Shown here piece after piece: positions 59,334 through 64,000 of a DNA stretch of 64,000 nt. The DNA comes from Verrucomicrobiota bacterium (GTDB lineage: Bacteria; Verrucomicrobiota; Verrucomicrobiia; Limisphaerales; AAA164-E04). The notes beneath the pieces are model-generated. The model saw only the letters and a list, made by a program, of their open reading frames with translations. It was not told where the DNA came from and did no database searches. How positions within the stretch are numbered: position 1 is the first letter of the stretch; every line of letters begins with the position of its first letter. The DNA lies in contig CP170459.1 in assembly GCA_047947115.1 (NCBI GenBank), positions 3,445,746 to 3,509,745 of the forward strand, read 5' to 3'. The position numbers and the translations under genes were made by a program.

Positions 59334-62300
59334 TCAGGGCTGCATTGCAGGCAGTGTGAATGCCCTTTTCTGGCGATATCCATTCACTCGTTGCTGGATC
59401 TGTGTGGTTTGCTGGCTTCCGGATGGAAGATGTTGCAATGCTCTTTGGGCTGTTCGTATGGCCAGATCAAATTGACCATCGGCTGCATAGGCCGCGGCGA
59501 GGACATCCAATGTTTCCGGCGCCTGGTTTCCGGTTTGCTCGCATGCCTTCCTGGCAAGCTGAATGGCTTGAGAGGGGCTCAACAGTTCCGGCTCCGGAGC
59601 AGTTGCCAACAGCCATCCCAAAGCAGCGGTGGCTCTCAAATGTTCCGCATCCATCTCCAGAACCCGGCGATAGTCGGCCATCGCAGATTTGAACCGTCCC
59701 GAGGACTGGAAAAACATGGCTCTCGCGTATGGGTGTTCGGTGTCGTGTGGCGCGAGTCTGATGGCTTCGTTGAATAATTCTTCCGCCAAGGAAACATCAG
59801 AGGTCGAGGCTTCCATTGCCGCATTTCTGCAGAGAAGGGATGCCCTTTCTTTTTCGCCTGGATGGATCAGCTCTACCTTGGCCAGGTAGTCGGCCAAATC
59901 GGAAAAGCGTTTCTTTTCTCCCAGGATGGTTGCCAGAGCCAAATGGTCGGGAGGATAGGGTTCCACATACCATCTGCCTGCATAGGGAACCGCGTGCTGC
60001 CGGTCATGACCTTGGCGGAAAAGTGTTTGGGTGTCTGTGGTCAGGGTGTCCAATGTCGGGCTGCCTTCGTAAAATGCCAGCAATCTGTTTTCTTCATCGA
60101 GCAGGAGGGAGCAGGGGATGGACCAGGTCCATTGTCTGCCAAGGATGGTTTCACGCGCGGCATCTGCAATTTCCATCAATGAAGAGGTTGCCAACCCGCT
60201 GTTCAGGGTCCAGTTTTGGCGGCGCCACATGCGCTGCACGGTGCTCATTCGCTCAGGCGACGGTTTGTTCAGGTCATCCAGGTTCAGCGGTAAAATATCC
60301 AATCCCTGCTTGGACAGGTTTTCTTGATGCCGGTTGAGCTGGGTGAGTTCCTGGACGCATGGCAGACACCAGGTCGCCCACAGGACGATCAACTTCCTTC
60401 GGCCAGTGGCGGTTAACTGTTTGTCAGTCCCTTCTTTATCCACGTAAGAAATCGTTGGCAAGGGCAAGGGACTGTGAGGAATCATTCTACTGACTTTTGG
60501 TGCGGGCAAATCCGGGGCTTTGGACGGTATCAGGTTCTGCCGGATTCGGGGCGAGCCCAGCGAGGTGGGTTCAGCCTCGTTTTGAGTCAGTTGCAGGAGC
60601 GTTGCGTTTGCCGGAGGTGTCCAGGATTGGTTCCGACCATTGGGCCAGCGCACTTTGATGGTTGATACGGAGCCGTCCGTCCCCAGGCCGAAATGCAGGC
60701 TCTGGCTGGACTGTGCCAGGTAACCTTCACCGGCCCTCAAAGTGCGCACCTGACGTTGCCCGGCAGCATCAACAACCTCGACTCTTGATCCGATTCCATG
60801 CCGGTTGCCATTGAGACTTTGCAATTGGATGCGGAGGGATTTTGCTGCCGAATGATTGTCGTTTCGAAGAAATCTAAGCCGAGGTGCAGTGCGCTGAGTG
60901 ATCCAGAGATCCAGATCTCCGTCATGATCCCAATCGACCAGAGCCATGCCCCGGCCGTCCGCAGGGGAATCAAATCCGGTCAAGGCAGACACCCCCGCAA
61001 ATCTTCCATCCCGGGTGTTCAGAAAGGCGACGTTGCGTTCGTTTCCGCTCCAGTTATGCCCGCTTTCGACCAGATCGGCGGTGGCTTCCCATGCGGCGAG
61101 GTAGCCGTCGGCCGAGTTTTCGGTCTGGTTGTTGGTGGGGGCTTCCTCCGGTGATTGCGACGTGACCCGCCGCCAGAAGAAACTTCACAAATCCCCGGTA
61201 TCGGGCGTACCGGTGACCATTCCATTTGCCACAATCAGGTCCTCCCACCCATCATTATTGAAGTCGACAAAATTTGAACTCCATGCCCAGCGTCCGAGAG
61301 TGACACCCGCTTCCTCGCTGACATCCAGAAAGGTTCCGTCCCCCTGGTTTGAAAACAGGCTGTTTCCTCTGGCGTGTCGTTGAAACCCGGATGCATCCTG
61401 TCCGTCGCGGTAACGGCGCTGAAATGCGATGCGATTGCCCGCCGAGGAGAACATGTTTCCCACATAGAGGTCCATCCAGCCGTCGCGGTTGAAATCCCCC
61501 CAACTCACCGACATGCCCGCTGACAAATCTTCCACGCCTGCTTGTGCGGCGATGTCGGTGAAGTGACCTCCGTCATTGCGATACAAATTGTTTCTTCCAA
61601 AATCATTGGCAACGTACAAATCAGGATCCCCGTCATTATCAAAATCCTCCCAAGAAGCGGCGTAGCTGAATCGTTGGTTGTTCTGATTCAATCCTGTTTC
61701 GGTCGTGACATCGTCAAACTGCCATCGCCGGTTTCGAAGCAGGAAGTTCTGCACGCCATTGTTTGCGTCGTGGTAGGGCATGGGGCGTCCCAGACCTAAC
61801 CGGTCTCCGGATCGATCATAGTAGCCGCACAAAAAAACGTCCAGCAGACCGTCCACGTCATAATCGATGGCTGAGATTGAGCGTATGATGGAGTTCGAAG
61901 AGAATTGAGTGCGTCGTTCGAAATGTCCCGTTCCATCATTGGCAAAGAACAGGACATGGCGACCGGATGCCATGACCAGATCCAGATCTAGATCATTGTC
62001 CAGATCCACCAGCAGCGCGCTGGCGGTGGGTTCCAGATAATCCAGCCCTGCTTCCGCTGACGCATCCAGGACGGTACCATCTTTGTTTTGCATCAGCAGT
62101 CGATTGGGCAGGCCTCCAGGTTCGCAGACGTAAAGATCTTCCAATCCATCCCCGTTGACATCGCCGACGGCCAGTCCGTGGGGGCCGGTGACGTCCAGCG
62201 TGAAACGCCAGTCCAAATGCTTTCGCCAATGATCGATGCCTCGGAGCAGTGGATCCTCCGAATCAGGTGTCCACCCCATGACCGATGCCGTGCAGTCGGC

Positions 62301-63080
62301 AAACCATGGCGTGTTCCGGTGCGGGGACGTGACTTCCTCATAATCCAGCACTCTGAGTTCGGTTAAAAGCGGTAGGCCTCCCGGTTTTTTCGCCTGCACC
62401 CAGGTACATTCCCAGGTTGCATGCTGCTGCAACGTCACACCGTTTCCGTGACCGTGAGATTCAACGATCACCACCGTCGTGCTGGTAACCTGGTCCACCG
62501 CCACTCGAACGGTTTTGAAATGCATGTCAAAATGCAGGAAAGGAGAATTGTCCGATACGTTTATGGGAGATGTCAACTGGATCAACGCCTGTGTGAATCC
62601 CGATTGGTTTTGGAAAGCTTTCGGGGCATCGGATGGTTGATTTCTCCGATGCCGCCAAACTTTGAGCGTGCCATCGTCGAAGCTGAGGGCTTGAGGAGAG
62701 GGGCGCAAGGCATCTCCGCTGAAACTGTCGTTGATCATATCGGCCAGGTGCTCCTGCAGGGCCCGGTTGCCTGCGTGCATGGCCTTGTTCATCTGTTTGA
62801 ACTGGATGCCTGTTGCGTCGTTGATGACTTCGGTCACCCAGCCATCTGCTCTGGGGTCGAGGTGCTCCATTTCCCGCGCCACTTCGGGTGCGACCTTCGA
62901 TTCCGTCAATCCCAGAATTGGAATCGAAGTTTCGCTGACAGGTGACTCCGCTGCCTTTGCACGAAGGTTGCCAGATCCAATCAACAGGCAGCAAACGAGG
63001 GCAAATAGTAACCTGCCCCAGGGCATCCGTGTTTCAGCATGACGGTTCTGATGGAGGATACTTCTATGGGATTTGTTCAT
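59334..63080 (-). CDS. FG-GAP/VCBS (CRTAC1-like) + ASPIC/UnbV + TlpA-like thioredoxin + TPR protein with one in-frame UGA (61187..61185): candidate selenoprotein (alternative: recent pseudogene)
   Basis: Track ORFs 61185..63080 and 59334..60992 share one frame. The 64 codons between them are open and encode a further FG-GAP repeat. The junction reads ...GMVTGTPDTGDL-U-SFFWRRVTSQSPEE...NERNVAFLNTRDGRFAGVSALTGFD... Downstream domains: UnbV-like (LRIQLQSLNGNRHGIGSRVEV), thioredoxin-like WATWCLPCVQEL, TPR helices. Signal peptide at 63080. Confidence 0.65.
61141..61183 (-). promoter_or_regulatory. Candidate SECIS element for the UGA at 61187..61185
   Basis: RNA: UGA-A-[GUUUCUUCUGG]-[CGGCG-GGUCA-CGUCG]-CAAUCA-[CCGGAGGAAGC]. 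An 11 bp lower helix (3 G-U) and a 5 bp upper helix with a GGUCA apical loop starting 17 nt after the UGA. Folded by eye. Confidence 0.5.
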
Positions 63081-63396
63081 ATCTGGTGTGCGGGCATTCT
63101 ACCGAGGTCTGCTTTTCATTCAAGTTCGAAACTTTACCCCCATGGCAAGGGGATACTTGGGGTGGGGCGGGTGCTGATGGGGACTGACATTTCTTTGTTT
63201 GATGGATTTGGTCTTGAGGGTGATCCGGATAAAAGTGATTACAGAAATGAACTGATCGCCCACTGTGGCTTAAACATGGACATTTTCTGGTAACCTTCAG
63301 TATGATTTTCTCATCACTAATCTAAGTATACTCGAATTCGGGGCAATCTGGATTCCCGTGAGGCAAGTGGCGGTTTATTTGGGTGGTGCATGTTAT

Positions 63397-64000
63397 ATGT
63401 TTGATAGTCAGAAAAATAGAGAGAACTTCGCAGGCCTGTTGACTTTACTGTGCGTTTTAAGCCTGGTGTCCGTTTTGGTGGGGCCGGGTTGTGTGCGTCC
63501 TGTGGGATCCCATATGGGACAACATGGGGTGCAAACGCCCGATCAGTTTGGGGGACAAGGAGCTTCAGGTCCGGCGTTTGAAGATGGATGGATTACTGAT
63601 TTTCAAGATGCCTCATTGGAAGCCCTCATCGAGGAGGCGCTGGAGCGCAATTACAATCTCCAGGCCGCTGCTGCCCGGTTGGAAGCGGCTCACGCCTCTT
63701 TTCAATCCGCCAATGCCGGTTGGAAACCCACTCTCAATCTGAGTCAAAGCGATTCTCGTAGCAAGACCGTGTTCAATCCGTTTGCCGGTGAATTGCAGAG
63801 CCGTTATATCAATCGGTTCGACCTTGGTGTCAACCTGTCCTGGGAGCTGGATATCTGGGGGCGACTTCGCAGTCAAAGCCGTGCCGCGTTTGCGGATCTG
63901 GAAGCGGCTGAAACCATTTACATGTCCGCCTACTTGTCGCTTGCGGCCAATACGGCGGCCGCCTGGTTCAATCTCATTGAATCGGAATTGCAGGTTAAGT
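63397..64000 (+). CDS. RND efflux outer-membrane factor lipoprotein (NodT family), 5' part; continues past the window end
   Basis: Not in the track (no stop in-window). My translation from ATG 63397: MFDSQKNRENFAGLLTLLCVLSLVSVLVGPGC (lipobox)...WITDFQDASLEALIEEALERNYNLQAAAARLEAAHASFQSANAGWKPTLNL...NLSWELDIWGRLRSQ, the typical NodT/OprM N-terminal pattern. Confidence 0.8.
   Translation, partial: MFDSQKNRENFAGLLTLLCVLSLVSVLVGPGCVRPVGSHMGQHGVQTPDQFGGQGASGPAFEDGWITDFQDASLEALIEEALERNYNLQAAAARLEAAHASFQSANAGWKPTLNLSQSDSRSKTVFNPFAGELQSRYINRFDLGVNLSWELDIWGRLRSQSRAAFADLEAAETIYMSAYLSLAANTAAAWFNLIESELQVK

Overview
This 64 kb chromosomal window comes from a PVC-superphylum bacterium, most likely Verrucomicrobiota. 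I infer that from gene content: orphan prepilin-type '[17 protein letters not shown]' proteins, a PSD1/DUF1549-DUF1553 + DUF1501 pair, many FG-GAP/ASPIC and LamG giant secreted proteins, and RNase HIII. No search was run. I support about 42 protein-coding genes: housekeeping/repair (polX, mutY, rnhC, recN, trxA, rRNA methyltransferases), nitrogen uptake (glnB-amt behind a consensus sigma-54 promoter), an NAD-type formate dehydrogenase (NuoE/F-like beta subunit plus a selenocysteine alpha subunit), a hybrid histidine kinase, transporters and sugar-type oxidoreductases. From 45.9 to 63.1 kb there is an island of very large secreted LamG/PA14/FG-GAP/ASPIC proteins. I saw no rRNA, tRNA, transposase, integrase, CRISPR or prophage genes. 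Two things stand out. (1) Three in-frame UGA codons each fuse a pair of called ORFs, and each is followed by a SECIS-like hairpin with a GGU-containing apical loop. One is the expected formate dehydrogenase Sec. The other two are in a secreted thioredoxin-fold/CxxCH/PDZ protein (CIPUTAC motif) and in a ~1,248-codon FG-GAP/ASPIC/TlpA-like/TPR protein. (2) A hairpin-dense 189 bp unit is repeated ~6.7 times in tandem (54842..56115) between two giant-protein genes. Diverged single copies of the same element sit in two other intergenic regions and keep the same three conserved sequence blocks at the same spacing, which suggests a structured RNA or protein-binding element family. All function calls rest on motifs I recognise by eye; no database search, folding or alignment software was run.
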